Shown here: piece after piece, positions 46,635 to 56,264 of the stretch | Layout of the letters: every line of letters begins with the position of its first letter | How positions within the stretch are numbered: position 1 is the stretch's first letter | DNA from: an uncultured Bacteroidaceae bacterium | Lineage (GTDB): Bacteria > CAIWAD01 | Direction: 5' to 3' | Assembly (NCBI GenBank): GCA_964345075.1 | Contig: CAYFPS010000015.1 | Coordinates: forward strand, 561 to 64,560 | Length of the DNA: 64,000 nt | Made by a program: the position numbers and the translations under genes | Notes under the pieces: generated by a model | The model's database searches: none | Told to the model about the DNA's origin: nothing | What the model saw: only the letters and a program-made list of their open reading frames with translations

Positions 46635-47606
46635 TCAGAAGGTCCGGCGCAGAATCCAGTTGGCAAAGGTCAGAAGTTGTGACACACCTTCGGCAGAGGG
46701 CATGTCTGCCAGGGCGGCTTCTGCCTTGTGGACGAGTTCTTCCACCTGTCGCTCACCCTCAGCCAGCACGCCGCCATCAGTCAGCAGGCGCTGCAGTTCG
46801 CCCACCTGATCGGGCGAGCCACTGGCCAGAATGTCATTTAGCTGCACCAGTGAATCACCGGTGAGCATCTGCTTGGCCATCAGTGTGACAAACGTGCTCT
46901 TGTGCATGGCCAGATCGCTGCCCACGGCTTTGCCCAGAGTGTCGGTTGTTGACATGTAATCCAGCAGGTCGTCCTGAATCTGAAAGGCCTTGCCGAGGTA
47001 AGCGCCAAAGGCCTCCAATGCATCAACCTGCTGCGGGCTGCCCTGTGCGGCCAGTCCACCGATGCGCGCCGACATGCTGAGCAGTCTGCCGGTCTTGCGC
47101 GCGATCATATCTTCGTATTCAGCGAGCGTGACTGTATCACGGCCCTCAAATTCCTTGTCCAGCGCCTGTCCCTCGCAGACTTCAACCACGGCATCGGTGA
47201 AGGTGCGAATCAGCTCGCCCATTTCGCTGTGCTCAATCCGGCTCAGACAGCGGTAGGCCACACCAATCAGAGCGTCACCGGCAAGAATCGCCGTGCCTTC
47301 ATCCCACCTGGAATGGATGGTGGGATGCCCACGTCGCACATCGTCCCTGTCCATGATGTCGTCATGTACGAGCGTAAAATTGTGCAGCAGCTCCACGGCT
47401 ACAGCCACATCCAGCACGGCTGTATCACGCCTGCCCAGAGTACCAGCGGCCAGCATTACCAGCAGCGGACGAACACGTTTGCCCCCGATTCGCATCACAT
47501 AGCGAATGGGATCATAAAGCGATGTGGGATAGGGACAGGAATCGAGCACCTGCTCGATGTGTGCTTCTATCGCCTCGCGATGTTCGCGGAAGGGCGTCTG
47601 GCTCAC
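46635..47606 (-). CDS. Short-chain polyprenyl diphosphate synthase (GGPP synthase-like)
   Basis: GGKRVRP, FARM FTLVHDDIMD..DVRRG with an aromatic residue five before the FARM, KTG, and SARM FQIQDD. Confidence 0.9.
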   Translation of the reverse strand: MSQTPFREHREAIEAHIEQVLDSCPYPTSLYDPIRYVMRIGGKRVRPLLVMLAAGTLGRRDTAVLDVAVAVELLHNFTLVHDDIMDRDDVRRGHPTIHSRWDEGTAILAGDALIGVAYRCLSRIEHSEMGELIRTFTDAVVEVCEGQALDKEFEGRDTVTLAEYEDMIARKTGRLLSMSARIGGLAAQGSPQQVDALEAFGAYLGKAFQIQDDLLDYMSTTDTLGKAVGSDLAMHKSTFVTLMAKQMLTGDSLVQLNDILASGSPDQVGELQRLLTDGGVLAEGERQVEELVHKAEAALADMPSAEGVSQLLTFANWILRRTF

Positions 47607-47611
47607 GTGGC

Positions 47612-47992
47612 CTAACTCTCGCGCGGGTCGCTGAAAGCCTTCTCGATCAGCGCGGCCATGGAGTTGAGCTTGACGGGCTTGACCAGATAGGTGTAACCGT
47701 CATTTTCGATTGTGCGCAGGATGGTCTCGGAAGAAGGATAACCCGTCAGGACGATGACGCGAATGTCCGGATCGCACTGACGAATCTTCTCAAGAAGGGT
47801 CATGCCGTCCATCTGCGGCATCTGGATGTCCGTGATCACCAGGTCGATCTGCTGATCCTGAAACATCTGAAGCGCCAGCTCCCCGTTGGCGGCGGTACAG
47901 GCCGTATGGCCGATTTGCTTGACCAGCTGGGACAGCACATCGCACTGGGCGGGATTATCATCCACGATCAGGATGTTGCGCGCTTCACTCAC
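47612..47992 (-). CDS. Stand-alone response regulator receiver domain
   Basis: ILIVDDN, ITDIQMPQMDG, LTG and YLVKP. AGGAA RBS with GTG at 47992. Confidence 0.88.
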   Translation of the reverse strand: MSEARNILIVDDNPAQCDVLSQLVKQIGHTACTAANGELALQMFQDQQIDLVITDIQMPQMDGMTLLEKIRQCDPDIRVIVLTGYPSSETILRTIENDGYTYLVKPVKLNSMAALIEKAFSDPRES

Positions 47993-48076
47993 GATTTCCT
48001 CCTTGACAACCGGATTCCGTAAATAGCTGAACGAGACTCGAAGTTGCAAGCAGATCACCATTCACCCGGAGGCGGA

Positions 48077-49633
48077 ATGCAGGCCTTTCACCTGATTGGA
48101 TGTGGGGGAGTGGCAATGGGCGGACTGGCCATTGCGCTCAAGCAGATGGGCTATTTGGTCAGCGGTTCCGACGCTGGCGTTTACCCGCCCATGTCGGAAA
48201 TGCTGGCCGATGCGGGCATTGCATGGACCGAGGGTTTCGATGGGTCTACCATCGAGAAACTCCATGCCAGTCATGGGGATCTTCGAGTGATTGTCGGCAA
48301 CGCGATTCCCCGCGGCAATGCCGAACTGGAGACGGCGCTGGCTCTTGGCCTGCGGCTATCCTCCATGCCCGAGGTGATTGGCGAGATCTTCCTGAAGGGC
48401 GCGCACAGCGTGGTGATTGCCGGTACGCACGGCAAAACGACCACGAGCAACCTCTGCGCGTGGCTCCTGGAAAAATGTGGTGCCGGGCCGGGTTGGTTGA
48501 TTGGCGGCCGACCATTTGATCTGCCCGGCGGTCTGCGAGCAGCCTGTCCGCCGGATGGTCATGACGCGATTTTTGTTTCTGAGGGTGATGAATACGACAC
48601 CAGTTTCTGGGACAAACGATCGAAGTTCTTCCATTACTGGCCCCACACGCTTGTGATCAATCATGTTGAATTCGATCACGCCGACATCTTTCAATCGCTG
48701 GAACAGATCACGTCTGTATTCGCGCGATTGGCCATGCTGGTGCCGGCAGACGGCCTGATCTTTGCCAATGGTGATGCACCAGCTGCCCGCAAAGCTCTGG
48801 AGCAGTCGTGGGCGCCTGTGATCTTTTTTGGGGAAGGACCGAATGCGGCCTATCGCCTGCTGAAAGAAGAGGCGAGTGAAGCGGGCAGCCGCTTTCATGT
48901 GCGCGTTCCGCTTGAAGGCGCAATCATCCGTGATACATTCTCTGCTCTGGCTCCCGCGCAGGAAAATGCAGAAGCCTGCTGGCAACCGGAAGTGCAGGAA
49001 GACCTCATCATTGAGAGCCCCCTATCCGGTGAATACAATGGGCGAAACCTGCTGGTAGCCCTTGCTGTGATGGACAGACTGGGGCAACCTCGCAGGCGTG
49101 TGCTCGACTTGATGGCCCAATTCAAGGGGCCTGCACGCCGCATGGATTTGTATCACAATGATCAGGGGCTGGTTCTCTGCGATGATTTTGCGCATCACCC
49201 AACTGCTGTTCGCTCGGCCCTGGCGGCACTTGGAAAGCGTTTTCCCGAACGCAAGCTGATTGCTTTAGTAGAACCACGCTCCAACACAAGCGTGCGCAAT
49301 GTGATGCAAGCAGAATGGATTGACGCGCTTAAGGGTGCAAACGGAGTGCTCTTTGGCGCGCTGCATCGGCCCTGGAAGTATCGACCGGAGGAGCTTTTCT
49401 CATTTGAAGATACCCGCCGCGAGCTGGAAGCTAATGGTGTCGCCTTTCATCAAGCAGACTCAGCAGAAGCATTGATCGCACAACTGGATCCAGACAGCTT
49501 CCGTGATACAGCCGGATGGCAACAGCTGTTATCGCTTGACCCGAAGCAGATCTTACTGGTTGTCTTTTCCAATGGCGCATTCGACGGCCTGCTGGGCAAA
49601 CTGAAAGAACGTTACCAGCTGCAAGCAGTCTGA
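48077..49633 (+). CDS. mpl: Murein peptide ligase (UDP-MurNAc:L-Ala-gamma-D-Glu-mDAP ligase)
   Basis: HLIGCGGVAMGGLA, GTHGKTTT, EGDEYD, NHVEFDHADIF, DFAHHPTA, EPRSNT and FSNGAF. Confidence 0.85.
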   Translation: MQAFHLIGCGGVAMGGLAIALKQMGYLVSGSDAGVYPPMSEMLADAGIAWTEGFDGSTIEKLHASHGDLRVIVGNAIPRGNAELETALALGLRLSSMPEVIGEIFLKGAHSVVIAGTHGKTTTSNLCAWLLEKCGAGPGWLIGGRPFDLPGGLRAACPPDGHDAIFVSEGDEYDTSFWDKRSKFFHYWPHTLVINHVEFDHADIFQSLEQITSVFARLAMLVPADGLIFANGDAPAARKALEQSWAPVIFFGEGPNAAYRLLKEEASEAGSRFHVRVPLEGAIIRDTFSALAPAQENAEACWQPEVQEDLIIESPLSGEYNGRNLLVALAVMDRLGQPRRRVLDLMAQFKGPARRMDLYHNDQGLVLCDDFAHHPTAVRSALAALGKRFPERKLIALVEPRSNTSVRNVMQAEWIDALKGANGVLFGALHRPWKYRPEELFSFEDTRRELEANGVAFHQADSAEALIAQLDPDSFRDTAGWQQLLSLDPKQILLVVFSNGAFDGLLGKLKERYQLQAV

Positions 49634-51481
49634 TCAGTTGCGCAGATAGACTCGTGCTGTTCGGGCAGCGATCGATCTATTGGCGGGGGCTGATGCCTGC
49701 ATGCCGGGCGCCCGGCTGTCGATCAACAGCTGCCAGTCACCGCTTGGCAATTGCACCTTGTGATCGGTTCCGCTGTGATTGAACAGGACAAAGGCTTCCT
49801 TGCCTTCCAGCCTGCGCGAATAACCGAAAAGGGCCTGACCCGAGCTCTCCATCCACTGAATTTCGCCTTCAGAAAAGAGCCTGGCGTTTTCGCGCCTGAA
49901 CTGGGCGAGTGTTTTCAGGCCTTCCATTACTTCCAGATCGGGCCTCGTCTCAACAGGTGATACCAAACCGTGATACAGGTTCTCGTCCGACCAGGGTCGC
50001 CAGGACTCCCTTTCTGCCATGCGCTCCGGCCAGAGAATCGGCTTGCGGTTGTCCGGATCATCCGCCCCCCACATGCCGAATTCATCCCCATTCCAGATAT
50101 GCGGTGCGCCCGGCCAGGTAAACTGCTGCACACGGATCATGGCCATGACTGCCAGGTCCTCCTTGCTGGGCGGGCCAAGCCGGCAGGCGGTGTTCTCTCT
50201 GGGTGATACATGGAACCTGTAGCGACCGCGGTTGGCAATGGAGGTGGCAAAGCGCGGACTATCGTGGCTGGCCACAAGATTCATCAGACTCAGGCGACGA
50301 TCTTCCGGCAGGCGGGCCTGCATGCTGTCCAGTTCAGCGCTGAGCCCTGCTGGCGTATACCAGGGAGGCGTTTCTGCCATGAAACTGCGCACAGGCATGT
50401 ACCACTGGTAGTGCATCACGCTGTCAAAGACTTCCAGCCATGGCTTGGGGTCCATCATTTCCAGCGGCCAGCGTTCCCACCAGATCTCGCCCACGAGCAG
50501 GGCCTGCGGATTGATCCCTTTGACGAAGCTCCGGTACTCGCGCCAGAAGCCCACGGGGACTTGCTCGGCCACATCCAGCCGGTAACCGTCGATACCGTCA
50601 GAAGGGTCACCGTCCCCATTCGGATCCAGCCAGCGTTGTGTCACAGCAAAGACATGGTCACGCACTTCGGGATGCAATGTTCCCTCGTTCAGGCCACCCC
50701 GCACGACTTCGGGCTGATTAATTTGTGTCACAGCCGGGAGTTCACGGATTCCCGCCCAGCCCTCGTAATCAAACTCGTCGGCTTCCGTTGAAGGATCATT
50801 AAAGGAGTGTATCACAAACCAATCCTTGTAGCGGCTCCTTTCCTGGTGCTTTCTGATATCCTGAAATGCCCAGAAGGCCAGACCGGTGTGATTCCACGAA
50901 TAGTCAAGAATGATTCGCATCCCACGCGCGTGCACATTGGCCACCAGCTCCAGAAAAAGCCGATCGGCACTCGTCCACTGCCAGCTGGCTGGATCGGCTG
51001 GATTCTCCGCCGCAATTATTTGGCGATCGCCTTCCGGATCGGGCCCGAAATTCACATCTACGTGCCGCCAGTTGCGCGCGTCATATTTGTGCAGGCTGGG
51101 CGCATCGTTGATGGGATTCAGGTAGATGGCCGTGATCCCTAGCTCCTCAAGGTGGTCCAGCCGGTTGATCAGCCCCTGCAGGTCGCCCCCGTAGCGCCGG
51201 TGATGCACCCAGGTATAGAAGTCCCCGTCTTGGGTTCTCACCCACGAATCAGGTTTGTACCAATCGTGCTCCCAGCTGGTCACGGACCATGTCGGCGGCT
51301 TCTCGTGGGGCCAGGCCAAATGGGCGCTCTGCAGGGTTGGATCGTTGCTACGGTCACCGTTATCGAAGCGCTCGACAAAGACCTGATACCAGATGGCGTC
51401 TCGCGCCCAGGCCGGAGCCGGCCAGTCAGCCAGCAAGGGTGTGGCAGAGGCGAGGAGCAGAACAAGCAGGGTGGCGATCAT
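49634..51481 (-). CDS. Secreted glycoside hydrolase family 13 (alpha-amylase/neopullulanase-like)
   Basis: WYQVFVERF, YGGDLQG, GITAIYLNP and catalytic DGYRLDVA, GEIWW and SHDSPR. Signal peptide MIATLLVLLL from ATG 51481; the track's longer start reads through the repeat. Confidence 0.92.
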   Translation of the reverse strand: MIATLLVLLLASATPLLADWPAPAWARDAIWYQVFVERFDNGDRSNDPTLQSAHLAWPHEKPPTWSVTSWEHDWYKPDSWVRTQDGDFYTWVHHRRYGGDLQGLINRLDHLEELGITAIYLNPINDAPSLHKYDARNWRHVDVNFGPDPEGDRQIIAAENPADPASWQWTSADRLFLELVANVHARGMRIILDYSWNHTGLAFWAFQDIRKHQERSRYKDWFVIHSFNDPSTEADEFDYEGWAGIRELPAVTQINQPEVVRGGLNEGTLHPEVRDHVFAVTQRWLDPNGDGDPSDGIDGYRLDVAEQVPVGFWREYRSFVKGINPQALLVGEIWWERWPLEMMDPKPWLEVFDSVMHYQWYMPVRSFMAETPPWYTPAGLSAELDSMQARLPEDRRLSLMNLVASHDSPRFATSIANRGRYRFHVSPRENTACRLGPPSKEDLAVMAMIRVQQFTWPGAPHIWNGDEFGMWGADDPDNRKPILWPERMAERESWRPWSDENLYHGLVSPVETRPDLEVMEGLKTLAQFRRENARLFSEGEIQWMESSGQALFGYSRRLEGKEAFVLFNHSGTDHKVQLPSGDWQLLIDSRAPGMQASAPANRSIAARTARVYLRN

Positions 51482-51535
51482 GAGAGACTCCAGTTGTGTA
51501 CTGGAAAGTAAGAAGGAAGGGCGGATTGAGGGGGT

Positions 51536-51602
51536 GTCGGACGGGGTGTCCGACAAGGTGTCCGACGTCACGTCCGACGTGATGTCGGACGTGACGTCGG
51601 AC
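51536..51602. repeat. Six GTC(C/G)GAC cores at exact 12-bp spacing
   Basis: Cores at 51536, 51548, 51560, 51572, 51584 and 51596, with variable 5-nt linkers. Intergenic, upstream of the GH13 gene. Confidence 0.85.
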
Positions 51603-51672
51603 ACAGCTTTATTTATTCCGTACACCCTTGATCTTTGTCATGTTGAGGGCATTGCAGGGCAGTGGGTCACAA

Positions 51673-52089
51673 TCAGTCCGTGGACCTTGCCGCCATGGTC
51701 TCCATCGCCTTCAGGTAGCTTTCTTCCATGCGGGCTTCCAGCTCTTCCTGCCGCTCGCGATTTGCTCGGTTCAGCCTGACAGCCAGAAGCCAGCCAAGCC
51801 CCAGCATGCTAAAAACAAGGCCGAAGCCCAGCGCCGGCACGGCGTCTTCCACCATCAAGCCCAGCCCCAGGAGGCCTGAGCCTGACCCGGCAAAGACCAG
51901 CGGCCAGACATATGGATTACGGCGGCCACCAAGCCTTTCCGGCGGTAGTGGCTGATTCAGCTCGAGCGCGCGCAGCCGTTCTTCATGGATCATGCGCCGC
52001 ACCTGCGTACGCCAGCGAATCAACAGCCAGCCCAAGAGGACATACATCGTGAACATCGAAATCATCATCACCATTTCTGTGCCGGCCAT
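51673..52089 (-). CDS. Membrane protein, DUF6249-like
   Basis: TM, then RRMIHEERLRALELNQPLPPE, then two TMs. GGAG RBS; divergent from the ECF sigma gene. Confidence 0.65.
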   Translation of the reverse strand: MAGTEMVMMISMFTMYVLLGWLLIRWRTQVRRMIHEERLRALELNQPLPPERLGGRRNPYVWPLVFAGSGSGLLGLGLMVEDAVPALGFGLVFSMLGLGWLLAVRLNRANRERQEELEARMEESYLKAMETMAARSTD

Positions 52090-52115
52090 GTGAGGCTCCT
52101 TTCAGCTTTTCGATC

Positions 52116-52183
52116 TTAGGATGCAATCGAGCTGGATCCGGTTACACCCAACTGTAACCTTTTTGCTCATCTCTCCCTCCTAA
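52116..52183. promoter_or_regulatory. Back-to-back ECF-type promoters, each TGTAAC-N19-TCCTAA
   Basis: Plus strand: TGTAAC 52153-52158 and TCCTAA 52178-52183. Minus strand: TGTAAC 52146-52141 and TCCTAA 52121-52116. Confidence 0.7.
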
Positions 52184-52204
52184 AGACAAAGTGAAAGCGC
52201 TCCG

Positions 52205-52723
52205 TTGAATACACACGGCCCGGTTGATTTCGAGAAGCTGCTCGCGGAAAACAGAGACTCCATCTGGACACTCTGTCGCCGCATGCTCGGCCGTGATGAT
52301 CTGGCCCGTGATGCATTTCAGGATTGCTGCATCCGTGTCTGGCAAGGGCTGAAAGACTTTCGCGGTGAGGCTAAGCCGTCAAGCTGGATCTGGCGAATTG
52401 CTTACCGATCCTGTCTTGAACTGCTGCGGAAAGAAGGCAGACATCAGGCTGAAGATCTTGATGCGCTGTCTGATGGAATGGGCAGTCGTGGCCGCGATCA
52501 GAGCCGGAAACTGGAAGATGAGGACGCCAGAGATTTTCTCCTGGCAGTTCTTAACCCGCGGCAGCGGGCCCTGATTCATTTGTATTACACGGAAGAATTC
52601 AGCTGTGAAGAGATCGCCGAGCAGCTGGAAATCAGTCTTTCAAGCGTAAAGGTTGGTCTGCACCGCGCAAGGCAGGCAATGAGTCGACACTGGGATCAAG
52701 CGCATGGCAGCAGGAGAATCTGA
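52205..52723 (+). CDS. ECF RNA polymerase sigma factor
   Basis: DAFQD, FRGEAKPSSWIWRIAYR (region 2) and SCEEIAEQLEISLSSVKVGLHRAR (region 4.2). Confidence 0.92.
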   Translation: MNTHGPVDFEKLLAENRDSIWTLCRRMLGRDDLARDAFQDCCIRVWQGLKDFRGEAKPSSWIWRIAYRSCLELLRKEGRHQAEDLDALSDGMGSRGRDQSRKLEDEDARDFLLAVLNPRQRALIHLYYTEEFSCEEIAEQLEISLSSVKVGLHRARQAMSRHWDQAHGSRRI

Positions 52724-52725
52724 GC

Positions 52726-53088
52726 ATGATGCCACAAGCCTTTTCTGAAGCTAGCCTGGCCCGCCTTTTTGCCCCGGAAAGCAAGCTGAGCGTGCCCGAT
52801 GATCTGCTGGGTGAATTCAGGCAGCAGCTCGCCCTGCTGGAAGCACAGGAAGCTCGCGGCGCAGGAAGACTTTCACTCAGGCTGATTTTGACGAGTGCCG
52901 GAATCCTAGCCGCATGCATGGTGACAGCTGGCCTTTTGTATCACGGCCATGAAAGCCTGAAAAGCATGGAAACACTGATTCCCTTCATGCCCGCAGGTGG
53001 GCTGGCCCTGCTTGGCAAACTTCTGCCGGTTGCCCTCGCTCCAGTCTTCCTTCCCCTGCTCATGCATCTGGTTGATGGGGAAGAATGA
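52726..53088 (+). CDS. Putative membrane-bound anti-sigma factor
   Basis: Directly follows the ECF sigma gene; short soluble N-terminus plus two hydrophobic helices. Confidence 0.55.
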   Translation: MMPQAFSEASLARLFAPESKLSVPDDLLGEFRQQLALLEAQEARGAGRLSLRLILTSAGILAACMVTAGLLYHGHESLKSMETLIPFMPAGGLALLGKLLPVALAPVFLPLLMHLVDGEE

Positions 53089-53123
53089 GCGTTTGACTGG
53101 CCTTTTCAGGGGCTGACTGCGTG

Positions 53124-55373
53124 TTACAGCCAGCTTCGCCACGTAAGTTTAACTCCTCGACCCGCCTCTGGCATGATGCTGCGAATACGGCTCAGATGAT
53201 GGCGGTACTCGTGATCCAGCAGGTTTTCCGCGCGCAGATGTAGCTGATTCCAGCTACCGCCAAGCGAAAAACTCCACATCAGATCTGCATCCAGTCGGCC
53301 CCAACCAGCTGTCTCCAGCTCAGGAATGGCATCGGGATCTTCTGCCAGATAGACTCGATCCTGCCGATCGGCAAAACTGAAAGCAAGACCGGCCCGAAAG
53401 GCGGATAGCTGGCGATGCAGTGATACAAGTCCGCTGGCCGGGGGAATCTCCGGCAGGGCGCCGCCATTCACCAGCTCACCGCGCACGGCGCTCAGGCGAG
53501 CCTCCAGCTGCCACTGACCGGGCCTCCAGCTGGCCGTCCACTCAAAGCCCTCCATCTGTGCATCACGGCCCATCGTCCTGTACTCATAAAGATCCGCGCG
53601 ACGAGCGGAGAATTCTCCGGTGAATGAAGGAAAGATGAAGTTGCTGTAGCGGGAGGCGAACAGGGTCAGCGAGCTACGCAGATTATGCATCTGAATCACC
53701 AGCGGCAGCTCCACGCTTATTGCCTTCTCGGCTCCCAGTTCCGGATTACCGATCTCATAAGAGTAAGCGGCAAGATGCGGACCACCACTGAAGAGCTCTT
53801 CTACACTGGGCGGACGCCAACTGCGTGAAAGCCCCAGGCCTGTTTCGATTTTCGTCATGCCCAGCTGCAATCTGGGCGCATCCAGTTTGAGAGATGCGGC
53901 AAGCCCACTGAAACTGCGCTCACGAATGGAGCCGATAACCACACTCATTCGCTCTTCGTCTGGTATCACACGCTTGTGCTCAGCGCGCAAAGCGGCACTC
54001 AGATGCCAGTCGGCCCAGCGCGCGTGTTCCAGCCAGGCAAAAGCAAAACTCCATTCATCCGTGTCCGGCGCGTGACTTAGACCGCCTGTTGCAAAATCCC
54101 GAAAGGCTGTGCTTAAGCGAATACGGCCCTCGCTTAAACCATGATGCTCCTTAAGGCGCAGTTCAAGCTCCGGCTCGATGGACAAGGCTCCAAAGTCGAT
54201 CCCCAGCTGTCCACCAGCCTCGTATTCCGCATGGTAGTAGCGGCTGGCCATGGCAGCCAGTCGAAAGGATTCAATCCCGAAGGCATCAAGTGTCTTCTCT
54301 GCTTCCAGTTTGAGTCCGCGCTTCTCCAGGCTGATCGCGACGCCCTCAGGATGCCCGCCCACAAAGCCACCGGGAATGCCGTAGTCGCTGTCGTAAGTGG
54401 AAAGGCCCAGCCCGACTCGTCCGTGATCTCCCAGCCAGGCAATTCCAGTACCCAGCGTAACCGAAGAGATAGAGCTGTTATCAAGCGAGCCTGCTGGTGT
54501 TTCCATTTCCCCCGCATCACGGGCTGAGGCATCCAGCCGAAAGGACAGATTTCCCCGTGAGGCATCCAGCGCCAGACTGCCGCCTGCTCCAGGCTGAGCC
54601 GTGTCCGTATACACGGTACCGACAGCCCGGGGCCGGACCAGAAGTTCATCGGGAACAAGACCACGCTGCACATTAACTACACCACCCTGGGCTCCAGCTC
54701 CGTAAAGCAGGCTTTCGGGGCCACGCAGAAGTTCCAGGCCTTCTGCTCCCAGTGCTTCTATGGCCACAGCATGATCGGCGCTGGTGGCAGACAGGTCGCC
54801 ACTGGCCATGCCATCCTCCAGCAGGAGCAGCCTGTTGCCCGAAAGACCACGTAGCACAGGCCGCGCTGGGGCAGGGCCCATCGAGCGCCTTGCAATACCG
54901 GCCTCCTGCTCAAGCGTCTCGGCAATGGTCAGGCCCAGTTCCTGCTGCAACTGGCCACTCTCGCGGCGCAGCACCGGCTGATGCAGTTGGTTCAGTCGCA
55001 GATGATCATCAACGGCAATGCGTACTTCATCCAGTTGCCAGGCTGTTTCCTGCAGATGTATCACAAGTTCAAGTGTATCACCACAGCCAAGTGAGAAGTC
55101 CGTGCAGGTGGCTCCATAGCGGACATGGCTTGCCAGCAGACAGTAGTCTCCAGCGGGAATGTGCCTGAAGACAAAGCGTCCCCGGCTGTCGCTTACTGTG
55201 CCGCGATCAAGCTCTTCCAGCTGAAGATTGACCTGCGGTAGCGGCGCACCGGACACGGCGTCCACAACACGGCCTCCCAGCTCGCCGCAGTCGTGGACAC
55301 CTGCCGCCCCCGGCCTGCAGGGGCAGGCCAGGAGCAGCAGCACCAGAACAATTCGTCGAAAATCAGTCAACAT
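53124..55373 (-). CDS. TonB-dependent receptor, probably for metal uptake
   Basis: GRVVDAVSG N-terminal domain, plug RPVLRGLSGNRLLLLEDG..SATSADHAV, LRGPESLLYG, and C-terminal YRHHLSRI...PEAGRGVKLTWRSWL ending in an aromatic-rich strand. Confidence 0.9.
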   Translation of the reverse strand: MLTDFRRIVLVLLLLACPCRPGAAGVHDCGELGGRVVDAVSGAPLPQVNLQLEELDRGTVSDSRGRFVFRHIPAGDYCLLASHVRYGATCTDFSLGCGDTLELVIHLQETAWQLDEVRIAVDDHLRLNQLHQPVLRRESGQLQQELGLTIAETLEQEAGIARRSMGPAPARPVLRGLSGNRLLLLEDGMASGDLSATSADHAVAIEALGAEGLELLRGPESLLYGAGAQGGVVNVQRGLVPDELLVRPRAVGTVYTDTAQPGAGGSLALDASRGNLSFRLDASARDAGEMETPAGSLDNSSISSVTLGTGIAWLGDHGRVGLGLSTYDSDYGIPGGFVGGHPEGVAISLEKRGLKLEAEKTLDAFGIESFRLAAMASRYYHAEYEAGGQLGIDFGALSIEPELELRLKEHHGLSEGRIRLSTAFRDFATGGLSHAPDTDEWSFAFAWLEHARWADWHLSAALRAEHKRVIPDEERMSVVIGSIRERSFSGLAASLKLDAPRLQLGMTKIETGLGLSRSWRPPSVEELFSGGPHLAAYSYEIGNPELGAEKAISVELPLVIQMHNLRSSLTLFASRYSNFIFPSFTGEFSARRADLYEYRTMGRDAQMEGFEWTASWRPGQWQLEARLSAVRGELVNGGALPEIPPASGLVSLHRQLSAFRAGLAFSFADRQDRVYLAEDPDAIPELETAGWGRLDADLMWSFSLGGSWNQLHLRAENLLDHEYRHHLSRIRSIMPEAGRGVKLTWRSWL

Positions 55374-56181
55374 GAATGGCAATCTGGGGGCTCGTGTAGT
55401 GGCTGTGGCCTTCATGCAGAATGTCGATGATCAGGGCATCATCGCCCGCCGCCACAGGCGTCAGTGTCACATTCCAGCCATCCACCGAAGATTGAATCAG
55501 CTCAGCGCCCAGGCTCAGACCGAGATAGTGATCATCCTCCGGCTGAAAGACAACACCCTCATCGTCAACAAACCAGGTGCTGAAGCTCAAGGCTTCTTCC
55601 ATTGTCAGCTCAAGGCCGGAGGACACGGTTCCATTGGCAAAGCATTCAAGCAGTAGCGTATCGCCGTCAAGCAGGCGCATGCCAACTGGCGTGCCGTGAG
55701 CATCATCGCTGTGATACACGACAATGGGCAATTCAGGGCTGACATAATCTTCGTGACCCAGATGCAGAATCTTCACACGCATGGCTGTCTCGCCCTCGGC
55801 AAGTCCTGTGGCGGTAAAGGCCCATGCAGCCTGATCCAGCTCTACCGAAAGCATCAACTCGTTGGTGGCGATATCCAGCGTGTGATCACCATCGGGATCG
55901 GCCTCAGGACGGAACCAGTGGCCTTCGTCATCCAGAAAGTGCACGAGCACAGGCCCGGCACTCTCACCCTCATGCAGTTCCAGCTCGCCACTGACTTCAG
56001 TCGGATCAGCCGTGGCAGCCATTACCAGCGTATCAGCCCCCATGACCAGTGCCACGCCGATGGCATCCATGTGTGCGCTCTCATCGCTGGATGCCGGATT
56101 GTCATCATCACTGCAGCCACTTGCCAGAAATCCCGTGCTCACAAACAGGGCGAGCAGACCCTTGGTCAATATCTTCTTCAT
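55363..56181 (-). CDS. His-motif lipoprotein preceding the TonB receptor
   Basis: Lipobox LASGC. Internal duplication AHMDAIG...HLGHEDYVSP / AHGTPVG...HEGHSHYTSP. Confidence 0.7.
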   Translation of the reverse strand: MKKILTKGLLALFVSTGFLASGCSDDDNPASSDESAHMDAIGVALVMGADTLVMAATADPTEVSGELELHEGESAGPVLVHFLDDEGHWFRPEADPDGDHTLDIATNELMLSVELDQAAWAFTATGLAEGETAMRVKILHLGHEDYVSPELPIVVYHSDDAHGTPVGMRLLDGDTLLLECFANGTVSSGLELTMEEALSFSTWFVDDEGVVFQPEDDHYLGLSLGAELIQSSVDGWNVTLTPVAAGDDALIIDILHEGHSHYTSPQIAIHVD

Positions 56182-56264
56182 GCTTTTCTCCGTGATACAA
56201 ATAGCCACACAGCATTAACCGGTTGCTTAACCGGCAACTGTGCAATTGATGCTTCGTCAATCGA

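Noticed and set aside
51482-51625. N-terminal extension of the GH13 protein (SDVT/SDTP repeats) in the ORF track
   Set aside because: A clean signal peptide starts at ATG 51481, and the extension would place low-complexity acidic sequence ahead of it.
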